Shown one piece after another: positions 19,101 through 29,612 of a stretch of DNA of 44,986 nt. The notes under the pieces are model-generated. The model ran no database searches and was not told the DNA's origin. It saw only the letters and a list, made by a program, of their open reading frames with translations. Within the stretch, counting starts at the first letter, position 1; each line of letters starts with the position of its first letter. Position numbers and translations under genes: made by a program. Origin of the DNA: Calditrichaceae bacterium (GTDB lineage: Bacteria; Calditrichota; Calditrichia; Calditrichales; JBFXGD01); contig JBFXGD010000009.1 in assembly GCA_050178385.1 (NCBI GenBank), forward strand, positions 1 through 44,986, given 5' to 3'.

Positions 19101-20606
19101 ATGTTCCAAATAGCGACAATTCCTGAGCAGCATAGTTTGAATACGGATTTACTTGTTTTATTTCTTGATGAAAATTATTGCAAAAAAAGAAAAAAAAGTT
19201 TTGATATTTTTCCGCCCTTCGTAGCGAAATATCTTCAAAAGTACCTGTCATACAAAGACTTTAAAGGTGAATTTAAAGAAACCAGACTATTGTATCCTGA
19301 TGATAATTCAGGGATAACCCGAATCCTGCTAGTCGGTATAGGAGATGTATCGAAGCTTAATCCCGAAAAAATCAGAAGCATTGGTTTTCATATTTCTTCG
19401 TCACAGGAGCAGATTTCGGGCAAAAGACATCATATTTTTTTAGGGAATGTTGAATTTTGCAGAGAAGATTTTATCAGGGCGCTGGCCGAAGGCATATTAT
19501 ATCAGAATTACAGATTTGAAGATTTTAAATCAGATAAGAAAAAACAGAAAAAAGGTAATCAGTATATCTTTGTCTGCCATAAAGAAGAATACACTCCCCG
19601 CTATCGAAAAGCGCTTCTTGAGACCATGACTGCGATGAATTCTGTTGATCTCACGCGAAATCTTGCAAATCAGCCATCAAATATTCTTACCCCGGGGAAA
19701 TTAAAAGATATTATAATAAGCCATTTTGAGCAATATGAGGATGTTTCCGTCGATGTTCTGGACGAGAAGCAGCTCAAAAAGGAAAAGATGAACGCTCTTC
19801 TGGCAGTGGCAAAGGGAAGCGCCGAGCCCCCGTATCTGATAATTATAAAATATAAACCGGCGAAAGAGAGCAAAAAAAAGCTGGCTATTGTCGGCAAAGG
19901 TGTAACTTTCGATAGCGGAGGTATCAGCATAAAACCATCTGCCGGTATGGAAGAAATGAAATACGATATGGCCGGAGCCGCCGCGACGGTGGGGGTAATG
20001 GATGTGTTCGCGCGTTTAAAACCTAAATTTGAAGCAGTGGGTTTTATACCTGCGGTGGAAAATATGCCCGGTGGAAGCGCTCTCAAACCGGGTGATGTCA
20101 TCAGAGCCTATAACCAGAAAACTATTGAAATCATAAATACAGATGCTGAAGGCCGGCTAATCCTGGCTGATACGCTGTCATATGCCGAGAAAAATTTTAA
20201 ACCGGATGCAATTATTGATTTCGCCACTCTTACCGGAGCTTGTGTGGTCGCTCTCGGAGATAAAATGGCCGGATTATTCTCTAATTCTGATGAAATGGCA
20301 AACATTTTGAGCCACGCGGGTGACCAATCCGGGGATTATTTATGGAGACTGCCGTTATCAGACAGCTACTCGGAAGATCTGAATAGTGAAATTGCCGATA
20401 TTAAAAATCTCGGCGGAAAATGGGGTGGGGCGGTTACCGCGGCAAAATTCCTGGAAGCGTTTATAAAAAAGGCCAGATGGACCCACATTGATATGGCCGG
20501 AACCGCATATAATGTAAAAGGATTGGATTATCTTTTAAACGGCGCTACCGGTTTCGGTCCAAAATTGATCGTTTCCGCCATGAAAGATCTTGAAAAATTC
20601 CTTTGA
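19101..20606 (+). CDS. pepA: Leucyl aminopeptidase (M17)
   Basis: VGKGVTFDSGGISIK, MKYDMAG, NTDAEGRLILAD, ATLTGA. Confidence 0.96.
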   Translation: MFQIATIPEQHSLNTDLLVLFLDENYCKKRKKSFDIFPPFVAKYLQKYLSYKDFKGEFKETRLLYPDDNSGITRILLVGIGDVSKLNPEKIRSIGFHISSSQEQISGKRHHIFLGNVEFCREDFIRALAEGILYQNYRFEDFKSDKKKQKKGNQYIFVCHKEEYTPRYRKALLETMTAMNSVDLTRNLANQPSNILTPGKLKDIIISHFEQYEDVSVDVLDEKQLKKEKMNALLAVAKGSAEPPYLIIIKYKPAKESKKKLAIVGKGVTFDSGGISIKPSAGMEEMKYDMAGAAATVGVMDVFARLKPKFEAVGFIPAVENMPGGSALKPGDVIRAYNQKTIEIINTDAEGRLILADTLSYAEKNFKPDAIIDFATLTGACVVALGDKMAGLFSNSDEMANILSHAGDQSGDYLWRLPLSDSYSEDLNSEIADIKNLGGKWGGAVTAAKFLEAFIKKARWTHIDMAGTAYNVKGLDYLLNGATGFGPKLIVSAMKDLEKFL

Positions 20607-20675
20607 TCAGAAGTATTAAAAATCCTACCGATTAATTTACCAGCCGAACATTCCGTAGATTAGCCAAAAAAAGAA

Positions 20676-20704
20676 TTGATTTTAAAATTCAAGTGTTATA
20701 AAAT
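20676..20704 (+). promoter_or_regulatory. Putative sigma70 promoter for the Fe-S oxidoreductase, overlapped by an imperfect palindrome
   Basis: TTGATT-17 nt-TAAAAT. TTGATTTTAAAATTCAA (20676-20692) is nearly self-complementary. Confidence 0.5.
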
Positions 20705-20811
20705 TATATAATAATTTATCTTATCCTAAATTAAATGCAGCTGAAGATAATGGACTTAAATGGTACTTAAAGATATTCATTACGTATTCGTGCAAAAATG
20801 TGAGGAACATC

Positions 20812-22818
20812 ATGCTTACTTTTGTTGAAAAGGCATTATTCATTGTGTTTGCACTCTTATCTGTATTCTACACCTGGAAGACGTTCTCTGTCCTGAGCAA
20901 GGTGATAATGCGGGGAGGAGGAAAGCTACATCTTGATAAGTTAATGTCCCGGCTGATTGAGGCAATTTCCGTTTTTACTACCCAAAAAACGGTTTTAAGG
21001 AACAGGCCTTTTGTCAGTTTTCTTCATGCGCTGCTAGCCTGGGCATTTACCCTTTATTTTCTGGTAAATTTAGGAGATGTGCTTACCGGGTATATTCCGG
21101 ATTTTCATTTTCTGGGAACAGGCATCATTGGTAATGTTTACAGGGTTTTTGTTGATTTTTTCAGCGTATTTGCACTTATTTCGGTTGCCTATTTTCTAAT
21201 TCGCCGATTTATTTTCAGTTCTGTCAGGTTGACCATAAGAGAAAATGTGTTGTTAAGTGATACTGCGCGAAAAGGAATGAGGACAGATTCTCTTATCGTG
21301 GGCCTGTTTATTTTTCTTCACGTTGGATTCCGGTTTATCGGTGAAAGTTTTACACTTCAGATGACCGGTCCTGATGTATGGCAGCCTCTTGCCTCGGGAG
21401 TTTCCATTCTTTGGAGCGGCATGAGCCCGGAAACGGTTGAAATAATGCAGCATGTTTCCTGGTGGCTGGCACTTGGTCTGATACTTGCGTTTATTCCATA
21501 CTTTCCGAGCAGTAAGCATGTCCACCTTTTCCTGGGACCAATCAATTATTTGACAAGACCCCACCGCAGTGCTCCAGGAACACTTGAACGTATTGACTTT
21601 GAAGCGGAAGATGCCGAACAGTTCGGAGTTTCAAAGCTTGAGCATCTGGATAAAACTCAGATTCTTGATGCTTATGCCTGCATTATGTGCAACCGTTGTC
21701 AGGATGTATGTCCCGCTTACGTCACGGGTAAAGAACTCAGTCCGTCTGCTCTGGAAGTAAACAAACGCTATTTTATTAATCAAAATAAACATAAAATCGC
21801 CGCCGGAGAGGACACGGGCGCGACTTTGCTTGAATACGCCATAAGTGAATCGGCGCTGTGGGCGTGTACAAGCTGCGCTGCATGCATTGAAGTCTGTCCT
21901 GTTGGCAACGAACCGATGTATGATATTTTAAATATACGCCGTGACAGGGTATTGATGGAGTCCAGTTTTCCGAAAGAACTTCAGGGTGCTTACAATGGAA
22001 TGGAGCGGAATCAAAATCCATGGAATATCAACGAAGACAGGCTGAAATGGGCTAGTGAAGATAAGACTATCACGGTGAAAACCGTTGATGAAAATCCTGA
22101 TTATGAAATATTGTACTGGGTGGGCTGTGCAGGCGCGTTTGAACAAAGAGGGCAGGAAATAGCGCGGTCTTTCACAAAAATTTTAAATACCGCAAATGTT
22201 AATTTTGCTGTTCTCGGGAACAAGGAGAGTTGCACCGGTGACAGCGCGAGAAGATCGGGTAATGAATATCTGTTCTCAATGATGGCCGAAGCGAATGTTG
22301 AAACACTAAACAAAATGAAGGTTAAAAAAATCGTGACTACATGCCCTCATTGCATGCATACCCTCAAAAACGAATATCCTCAATTTGGTGGCAATTATGA
22401 AGTTATTCATCACACTCAGCTGATTGAAGATCTCCAAAAGGATGGCCGGTTAAACTTGAAGGACAGTCCTTCGGAAAAAGTGACCTTCCATGATCCTTGT
22501 TATCTTGGACGACACAACAAGGTTTACGATGCTCCCCGGAAAAATTTGAAAAATGCCGGCATATCAATACAGGAGATGGACCGGAATCGTGAAAACAGCT
22601 TTTGCTGCGGGGCCGGCGGCGCGCAGATGTGGAAGGAAGAGGAAAACGGGGATGATGCCGTACGAAGAAACAGATTCAGGGAGGCCCAGTCGACCGGAGC
22701 CGATGTGGTCGGAACAGCATGTCCGTTCTGTATGACGATGATGAGGGATGCCGGCAAGGAACTTGAATCCACCATGAAGATTAAAGACATTGCAGAAATC
22801 ATAGCTGAAAGGCTGTAA
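20812..22818 (+). CDS. Membrane-bound Fe-S oxidoreductase, FadF/HdrD-like (TM domain + 2x[4Fe-4S] + CCG domains)
   Basis: N-terminal TM helices with His residues (SKHVH); CIMCNRCQDVCP, CTSCAACIEVCP, WVGC, CTGD, CPHC, HDPCYLGR, CCGAGG, CPFC. SD GAGG supports ATG 20812. Confidence 0.92.
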   Translation: MLTFVEKALFIVFALLSVFYTWKTFSVLSKVIMRGGGKLHLDKLMSRLIEAISVFTTQKTVLRNRPFVSFLHALLAWAFTLYFLVNLGDVLTGYIPDFHFLGTGIIGNVYRVFVDFFSVFALISVAYFLIRRFIFSSVRLTIRENVLLSDTARKGMRTDSLIVGLFIFLHVGFRFIGESFTLQMTGPDVWQPLASGVSILWSGMSPETVEIMQHVSWWLALGLILAFIPYFPSSKHVHLFLGPINYLTRPHRSAPGTLERIDFEAEDAEQFGVSKLEHLDKTQILDAYACIMCNRCQDVCPAYVTGKELSPSALEVNKRYFINQNKHKIAAGEDTGATLLEYAISESALWACTSCAACIEVCPVGNEPMYDILNIRRDRVLMESSFPKELQGAYNGMERNQNPWNINEDRLKWASEDKTITVKTVDENPDYEILYWVGCAGAFEQRGQEIARSFTKILNTANVNFAVLGNKESCTGDSARRSGNEYLFSMMAEANVETLNKMKVKKIVTTCPHCMHTLKNEYPQFGGNYEVIHHTQLIEDLQKDGRLNLKDSPSEKVTFHDPCYLGRHNKVYDAPRKNLKNAGISIQEMDRNRENSFCCGAGGAQMWKEEENGDDAVRRNRFREAQSTGADVVGTACPFCMTMMRDAGKELESTMKIKDIAEIIAERL

Positions 22819-22846
22819 AACCAACTATAAACCCGATCTGTTTTAT

Positions 22847-22881
22847 AAAAATGCGTTCGCTAAACGGGCGCATTTTTTTTT
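22847..22881 (+). terminator. Rho-independent terminator
   Basis: AAAAATGCGTTCG-ctaaa-CGGGCGCATTTTTTTTT. Confidence 0.88.
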
Positions 22882-22903
22882 ATTTATAACCCTATGTTCA
22901 CTT

Positions 22904-22932
22904 TTGACATTGATACTGTAATTTCATAAATT
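22904..22932 (+). promoter_or_regulatory. Putative sigma70 promoter for the tamB-bamA-lpx envelope operon
   Basis: Consensus TTGACA-17 nt-TAAATT. Confidence 0.7.
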
Positions 22933-23036
22933 TAAAAGCTTTACAAAAAGATAATGCGAGGAACCGGAGATATTTAACGGCGTTTTAAACATTAGTAATT
23001 TTTTTGAATATTTTATGCTTAATTGAAAAACAATTG

Positions 23037-26000
23037 ATGAAGAAAATAATTTTAATCCTGGCCATAATTCTCTCAGTCTTTGGGGTTCTGATCATCGCGT
23101 CACCAACACTTCTGAAGTTGACGGGGTTTGATGAGCCTATAAAGCGTTATCTCATTAGTAAATTAACGGATTCCACCGATCATCAAATTGATATCCAGAG
23201 ATTAAGCATCGGACTTAATACCATCGATATCACGAATGCGACATTTGTTTCCGGTGATGAAAAATTTAAAATTCTTATTGAAAAAATCAGGTTCGGATTT
23301 AATTTTTGGGAGCTTTTTTCCCATCCGCTCCAGCCTTACAAAACGGTTAGTTCGATTACATTATACAGACCAAGATTAATTATCAGACAAAATGAAACGG
23401 ATATTGTTGCAGAAAAGAGCAATTTACCTGATTCTGTCAATTTTGAAGAAAAACTTATAAGGGAAATTAGTGCCCTGCATTCGATAAAGAGTATTCTCAT
23501 CCGCGAAGGCCGGTTGATATGGAAAACGAAACAAGGTGAGTACATCGCATACGCGCAGAATCTAGACGGATGGCTTCGTACAGAAGATTTTAATAATATA
23601 AGAATTGAAGCAACAGGAAATTTATTGTCCGCGACAGATGATAATTTTAAACTCACTAGTCTTGTAAACCTTGAAGAGAAAAAAATACGTACCAAATTGG
23701 AGCTGTTGGATTATCAGATAAACAATTCGTTATTGCCTCACTTTACAAATGAAATTTACGTCGCGATGGGAGTTCTGGATGGTGAACTGATTTTTGACAA
23801 CAGCGGATTTTCATTGGATAGTCTTGTCGTAAACGGAAATTTGAATGTACAGAATTTAAATTTTACACTGGATAATAATGAGTTCCATAATGTCAATTTT
23901 AAGATTGATATAAAAAATAACCATCTGATTGCCAATGGCGGTAAGGGTTTATTGTTTGACGCTCCTTTCCTTTTTAAAACAGAAATTCAGAACCTTACAG
24001 ATCCAACTTTTAGCGGGACATTAAATATAAGTAATCTGGCCATTAAAAATTTTGAGAAATATATAGAAACACCTCAATTTAACGGTTCCAGGTTTAATCT
24101 GGATATTAATTATAGCCTGTCCGCAAACGATCAGCAGGCGGATGTAACCCTTGCTTCAAAGTCAATTACATTTCTAAAAACACCCATATCAGAATTTAAA
24201 GCGCAACTTAAAATCTTAAAGGATAAAATCGAAATTCAAAAAGTATCGTGGCGTAGTGCCGATCTCGAGTTTTCTACAAAAGGAAACTATGATTTTTCAC
24301 AAGAGATGCTGAACATAAGCCTCCGGGGCCGCGACGATCTGGGTGAACATATGATTTTTGACCGGCTATCAAAAAAGGAGCAGAACCTTTCACTTGATCT
24401 TAGCCTGGATATTGCTCAAAAAAAAGCGATGGGATCATGGTCCTATTCGATTGCGGGTGATAAGGATACTCTGTTGTATGTCGGCGGTGATCTCGTCGGA
24501 ACAGATGAATCTCTTGTTTTAAGGCTATTAAGATCTAACGACGCTAACCTCAGAGCCTCATTCAGAATTGATGATTATTTATCTGCACCGGTTATATCAG
24601 TTGCTGAGTTGCGGAATTTCCCCTTTGAACGATTCACATCGGAGCCTTTTGTGCATGATCTGTTGAATCGATTTGGCACGGATATAAAACTGTCGGGATC
24701 GATCAATAATCTAAAAGGAAATATATCTGTTGTTGATCAACAAAGCGCGAATACAATTTTCCAATTGAATACTTCCATCGGTAATTTATTAAAAGCACAT
24801 AGACAGATTTCCGGAGACATCGAGCTACGCCAGCTGACCGGTGGTTTTGATTTTGATCTCAGCAGCGATTTTCTGGGAGGTTCATTTGAATTCCCTGAAG
24901 GGATCAATGGTGAACTGTACCTTGATCTGACCAAGGATGAACAGCTTTCGGGCAGAATCAACATAACTGATTTCAATGTAATACAGGCATTTACTGATTC
25001 AAAATTCAAAGACGATTTCAGGTTGCAGGGAAGCATCAACGGAAACGTGGAAATTTCAGGGACTTTTTCTGATCCGAAATTTCACGCGCATCTATACGGA
25101 GATAAATTTGTTTTTAATGAGATCGGTTATTATCAAACGGAAGTGAATTTATTTGCGGATAAGACAAAAATAAGTCTCGACGATATTAATATAACTCTCA
25201 ACAATGTTTCTATTCTTCAGGGTGAAGCAGCACTGTCTGTACTAAATAATCAGATAAACGGATATTTGTATGGGAGTGAGATAGATGTGGAGCAGATGCT
25301 GGCAACGTTTATTGATGAAAAAAGTTCGATCTCAGGTACCGGTTCTTACAGCATGAGGTTAAGCGGTACGGTTCTGTCTCCACAGATAGATGCTTCGGTG
25401 CACTTAAACGACGGGAGTATCGGAGAAATTGGATTTGACAGTCTAAATGTGACTTTAAGGGATAATGTCATTGACGATGGCAATGTTTATGACTATACGG
25501 ACCACCGAATTTTCCTGGAAAACTTTTATCTTGCCCGTCAGGGACAATATCATCTTAACAGTGTCGGTACATTCCCTCTGAATTCAGCTGATGAAATAAA
25601 CGTGGCATTGAAATTTGATGGTGATTTGCTGGGGTTGCTGCATTACTGGCAGCCCTTCTTCGAGGATGGCGCGTCACTTTGCGATGTCAGTCTTAAAATC
25701 ACAGGAACGCCTGATAATTTAAAATTTGAGAGCGGTCGCATCCAGATCGAACGCGGTGAACTATGGTTAAAAAATGTGGTGCGCCATATACAGAATATTA
25801 ATGGTACAATCGAGCTCAAGGACGGAACCAATGAAGTCAATATCATCAACCTTAAAGCAAGCGTAGGCCAGGATACTCTTACGTTGAATTCGGTACGGGA
25901 TATAGTTACGTCATCAAAACGAAAGCTTGAAGACTGGTATTTTAAGGGGATTGATTTAAACTTCGGTATTTTAAAGATGGAGACGACCGGCAAAGGAGTT

Positions 26001-27188
26001 GAACTAAATATTCCCGGTTTGATGTATCCCGCTGACCGGGGACAGCTGGAAGTCAGTGGCAAGAGTGATGGAGAATATTTTTATTTTGCCGGGCCGGTGC
26101 GCCATCCTTTAGCATATGGAGTGGTAACAGTTTACAATGCAAGGTTAACGTTCCCTTTTCTTATTGAGTCCGATGAACATTCCGAACCTTCAACAGTAGT
26201 GCAGTTCCTCAGTAATATGGAGTGGGATATACATGTGAAGTCTGGTGAAGATGTTCTTTATACCCGTGACATTCCCGCGTATATAGACAATGTACATGCC
26301 GAATTGTTTGTGGATGAATCGAGCGTCGGGCTTGATTTTTCAGGTATTCTTAACAAAGACAATCTTCGCGCTGCAGGAAATCTGACATCAACCAGGGGAA
26401 GTCTCGAATATCTTGATCAGAATTTTCGCGTAGACCGGTTTACAGTGGATTTTACAAAATATGATATTTTCCCTGATGTATCAGGAAGAGCATGGACAGC
26501 CATAAGGGACACTGTAGGCGATATTCCAAAAACAATTTATTTGCAGCTGTATGTGGTTGACCCTGAAACCGGGCAGGAACAGCAAAGGGGCAGTTGGGAA
26601 GATTTTAAATTCAAGCTGGTTTCTTATGATAATAATGTTGGAGAAACCCAGGAGCAAGTTTTAGGCTATCTTGGATATTCCGTTGACAACATAAAAGAAA
26701 AAGCAACCAGTGTCGGGGGAGCGGTTACCGAACGATTCCTGATCCGGCCACTGCTGCGTCCAATTGAAAGAGCTCTTGAAAGAAGTCTGGGAATGGATTT
26801 AGTGAGATTTAACTCAAGTATCGCAAAGAATCTTTTTTACAGCAGTCTCGGTGCTCAAAACGATTTACAAAATGGATCATCCTATATCAATCCGTTTTCA
26901 ACAAGTGCTCCGTATCTTTTTTTGATGCAGAGTTCCGAGGTAACAGTCGGTAAATATTTGACTCAAAATTTGTACCTATCATACACAGGTCAGCTGGTTT
27001 CAGTCTACGATCAGTCGGAAACCGGTTTTGACATGAATCATTCCGTTGGTATCGAATACAGATTCTTGCGGAACGTTTTACTGGAAATTGAGTATGACCG
27101 TGAGTTGATGGGTTATTATCAGGTACTGAAAGAAAGACAGTACCTGGAAGATTTTAAAATCCGATTAAGGCATTCATTTTCATTCTAA
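23037..27188 (+). CDS. TamB/AsmA-like large periplasmic beta-taco protein
   Basis: N-terminal membrane anchor, about 1300 aa of amphipathic beta strands (GTFSDPK, GTVLSPQ, GTPDNLK turns), TamB-like C-terminal VTVGKYLTQNLYLSY; adjacent to bamA. Confidence 0.78.
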   Translation: MKKIILILAIILSVFGVLIIASPTLLKLTGFDEPIKRYLISKLTDSTDHQIDIQRLSIGLNTIDITNATFVSGDEKFKILIEKIRFGFNFWELFSHPLQPYKTVSSITLYRPRLIIRQNETDIVAEKSNLPDSVNFEEKLIREISALHSIKSILIREGRLIWKTKQGEYIAYAQNLDGWLRTEDFNNIRIEATGNLLSATDDNFKLTSLVNLEEKKIRTKLELLDYQINNSLLPHFTNEIYVAMGVLDGELIFDNSGFSLDSLVVNGNLNVQNLNFTLDNNEFHNVNFKIDIKNNHLIANGGKGLLFDAPFLFKTEIQNLTDPTFSGTLNISNLAIKNFEKYIETPQFNGSRFNLDINYSLSANDQQADVTLASKSITFLKTPISEFKAQLKILKDKIEIQKVSWRSADLEFSTKGNYDFSQEMLNISLRGRDDLGEHMIFDRLSKKEQNLSLDLSLDIAQKKAMGSWSYSIAGDKDTLLYVGGDLVGTDESLVLRLLRSNDANLRASFRIDDYLSAPVISVAELRNFPFERFTSEPFVHDLLNRFGTDIKLSGSINNLKGNISVVDQQSANTIFQLNTSIGNLLKAHRQISGDIELRQLTGGFDFDLSSDFLGGSFEFPEGINGELYLDLTKDEQLSGRINITDFNVIQAFTDSKFKDDFRLQGSINGNVEISGTFSDPKFHAHLYGDKFVFNEIGYYQTEVNLFADKTKISLDDINITLNNVSILQGEAALSVLNNQINGYLYGSEIDVEQMLATFIDEKSSISGTGSYSMRLSGTVLSPQIDASVHLNDGSIGEIGFDSLNVTLRDNVIDDGNVYDYTDHRIFLENFYLARQGQYHLNSVGTFPLNSADEINVALKFDGDLLGLLHYWQPFFEDGASLCDVSLKITGTPDNLKFESGRIQIERGELWLKNVVRHIQNINGTIELKDGTNEVNIINLKASVGQDTLTLNSVRDIVTSSKRKLEDWYFKGIDLNFGILKMETTGKGVELNIPGLMYPADRGQLEVSGKSDGEYFYFAGPVRHPLAYGVVTVYNARLTFPFLIESDEHSEPSTVVQFLSNMEWDIHVKSGEDVLYTRDIPAYIDNVHAELFVDESSVGLDFSGILNKDNLRAAGNLTSTRGSLEYLDQNFRVDRFTVDFTKYDIFPDVSGRAWTAIRDTVGDIPKTIYLQLYVVDPETGQEQQRGSWEDFKFKLVSYDNNVGETQEQVLGYLGYSVDNIKEKATSVGGAVTERFLIRPLLRPIERALERSLGMDLVRFNSSIAKNLFYSSLGAQNDLQNGSSYINPFSTSAPYLFLMQSSEVTVGKYLTQNLYLSYTGQLVSVYDQSETGFDMNHSVGIEYRFLRNVLLEIEYDRELMGYYQVLKERQYLEDFKIRLRHSFSF

Positions 27189-27201
27189 CATGGAGGATAA
27201 T

Positions 27202-29523
27202 GTGCGGAAATTTTTTCTGTTATTTTTTCTGCTTCTGGTCGTAGTGACATTGCACGCACAAGTACAAAAAGTAAAAATCAATTCCATAGCGGTTGAAGGG
27301 AATAAGAGCGCCGATGCCAGCTCAATCCGCTTAAACTCAGGTCTGTCGGCAGGCATGGAAATCACGGGAGAGGATCTGCAGCAGGCGGTGCGAAATCTTT
27401 GGGCCTTAAGGATTTTTTCAGATATTCAGATTTATGTGGCAAATCAAACCATCAATGGTCTTGATTTGATTATCAAGGTTGATGAGTACCCCAGACTGAA
27501 TAAAGTCGAAATAAAAGGGAATAAAAAACTTTCTGAAAACGACGTAAAGGATGAGATAAATACCTACAGGGGTATGGTCGTTACGGCGAATAAGATTTTT
27601 AATATGAAAAAAACTCTTGAAAGCAAGTACCGTGAAAAAGGCTATTTGCTGGCAAAAGTGAATATTGATACAAGTTATTTTGCGGAAAGCAGGGTAGACG
27701 TTGTCATTAACATCCATGAAGGGGATGAAGTACAGGTCAAAAAAATCCGTTTTCATAGTAATAAGAGTTTTAAGGACGGTGATCTAAGAGGCAAGATGGA
27801 CGATATCAAGGAAGACCGTTGGTGGCGGGGTGCCGATTTTGATCCGAAAAAATTCGAAGAAGATAAGAAAAAAATCGTTCAGTTTTATAAAGAACACGGT
27901 TTCCGGGATGCTGAAATAGTAAAAGATTCCCTATCGTACAATGAGAAAAAAACTGACCTGTATATCGATATCTGGGTTTACGAAGGCAATAAATATTATT
28001 TCGGAGACATTAATTTCACCGGGAATACAATATTTTCAAAAGATGAACTTCTCTCATCGCTTGATCTTGGAAAAGGCGATATCTATGATCAGAAAAAATA
28101 TGATGAAGGGATTCGTGACCGGCTGCAGAAGATGTATTATAATCAGGGATATTTATTCGCCAGTATTCAGCCAAAAGAAATACCGGTGAGCAAGGATACT
28201 CTTAATGTCGATTTTAATATTATTGAAGGCCATGTTGTACATGTAAAAGAAATTGTGATAAACGGAAATACAAAAACAAATGAAAAGGTAATTCGCCGTG
28301 AATTTAAAATTCATCCCGGTGATATATTTAACAGCGCTAAATTGGAACGTTCGATTCGTGACTTAATGATTTTAAATTATTTCGCGAATGTAAACCCCGA
28401 TGTAAGATTAATTGGAAACGATGATCAGAATGTTAATTTGCAGATTGATGTGGAAGAAAAATCAACCGATATGGCGAATATGTCCGCGGGTTATAGCCAG
28501 CGCGACGGGTTAATCGGGAGTTTAGGCCTTACCTTTAATAATTTTTCGCTCAAACATCCGTTTGCCGGAGGAGATGGACAGCGGTTGTCATTTGACTGGC
28601 AATTCGGAGATGTTTACCGGTCAGTTTCAATTAGTTTCACCGAGCCATGGCTTTTTGATACTCCCACTTTGGCCGGTTTTTCTGTTTTTGATACGCGAAG
28701 CGGTGGTAGTTACTACTCATGGGACAGAAGAGATCAGGGCGCCACATTAAGAATCGGTCGAAGATTTTTCTGGCCTGATAACTATTTCAGGGGAGACTGG
28801 ATATTGAGATACGCGGAGACGCTGATTACCGATATCACTGACCCGGATCTCATAGAAAGGTATCGTCTTGACGGCACTGAAGATAGAACGACGCAATTAA
28901 GTTTAACACAGATAATATCCAGGGACAGCCGGAATAATCCGGAATTCCCGACCTGGGGTTCCGTCCATTCATTATCGACGGAATTGTCCGGGGGGCCGCT
29001 CGGAGGCAGCCAGGATTTTTTCAAGGCCATTATGAATGCTGAATGGTACATTCCGCTTCCTTTCGGACTTGTTCTGTACAGCAAAAATAAATATGGTATT
29101 ATTGAAACTTTAAAAGGAAATGAATCTTCTCTCTATGGAGAATACTTTTATGTCGGTGGCAGCGGGCTTGGATTTTCTGAGGGACTTCGCGGCTACGATG
29201 ACGGAGAAGTCGGGCCTCTAACATCAAGCGGAAACCCTCTGGGGGGAACAGCAATGGCCGTCAATTCTATGGAGCTGCGTTTCCCGATTGCCCCGAATCC
29301 TACTATTTTTGGATTGTTATTTGCCGAAGGCGGTAATGCATGGGAGCGAACCGGACAGCTTGATCCATTTGATCTGAAACGGTCGGTCGGCGCGGGAATC
29401 AGGTTGTTCATGCCTATGATCGGTATAATTGGTATCGATTTCGGCTATGGTTTTGATTATATCGATGAATACGGTCACAGAACGGGTGACTGGAAAGTAC
29501 ATTTTCAATTTGGAAGATTTTAA
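27202..29523 (+). CDS. bamA: Outer membrane protein assembly factor BamA
   Basis: Signal peptide, five POTRA-like repeats (e.g. INGNTKTNEKVIRRE), FTEPWLFD, LRGY, terminal FQFGRF. SD GGAGG at 27192 favours GTG 27202 over ATG 27190. Confidence 0.96.
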   Translation: MRKFFLLFFLLLVVVTLHAQVQKVKINSIAVEGNKSADASSIRLNSGLSAGMEITGEDLQQAVRNLWALRIFSDIQIYVANQTINGLDLIIKVDEYPRLNKVEIKGNKKLSENDVKDEINTYRGMVVTANKIFNMKKTLESKYREKGYLLAKVNIDTSYFAESRVDVVINIHEGDEVQVKKIRFHSNKSFKDGDLRGKMDDIKEDRWWRGADFDPKKFEEDKKKIVQFYKEHGFRDAEIVKDSLSYNEKKTDLYIDIWVYEGNKYYFGDINFTGNTIFSKDELLSSLDLGKGDIYDQKKYDEGIRDRLQKMYYNQGYLFASIQPKEIPVSKDTLNVDFNIIEGHVVHVKEIVINGNTKTNEKVIRREFKIHPGDIFNSAKLERSIRDLMILNYFANVNPDVRLIGNDDQNVNLQIDVEEKSTDMANMSAGYSQRDGLIGSLGLTFNNFSLKHPFAGGDGQRLSFDWQFGDVYRSVSISFTEPWLFDTPTLAGFSVFDTRSGGSYYSWDRRDQGATLRIGRRFFWPDNYFRGDWILRYAETLITDITDPDLIERYRLDGTEDRTTQLSLTQIISRDSRNNPEFPTWGSVHSLSTELSGGPLGGSQDFFKAIMNAEWYIPLPFGLVLYSKNKYGIIETLKGNESSLYGEYFYVGGSGLGFSEGLRGYDDGEVGPLTSSGNPLGGTAMAVNSMELRFPIAPNPTIFGLLFAEGGNAWERTGQLDPFDLKRSVGAGIRLFMPMIGIIGIDFGYGFDYIDEYGHRTGDWKVHFQFGRF

Positions 29524-29612
29524 CATTTTATTTAAATTAAAAAATTATTGGAATCGGATCGGGTGATCATACCTGCTTCAGATCAATCATCATTCGAAAT
29601 TAGGAGGTTACT

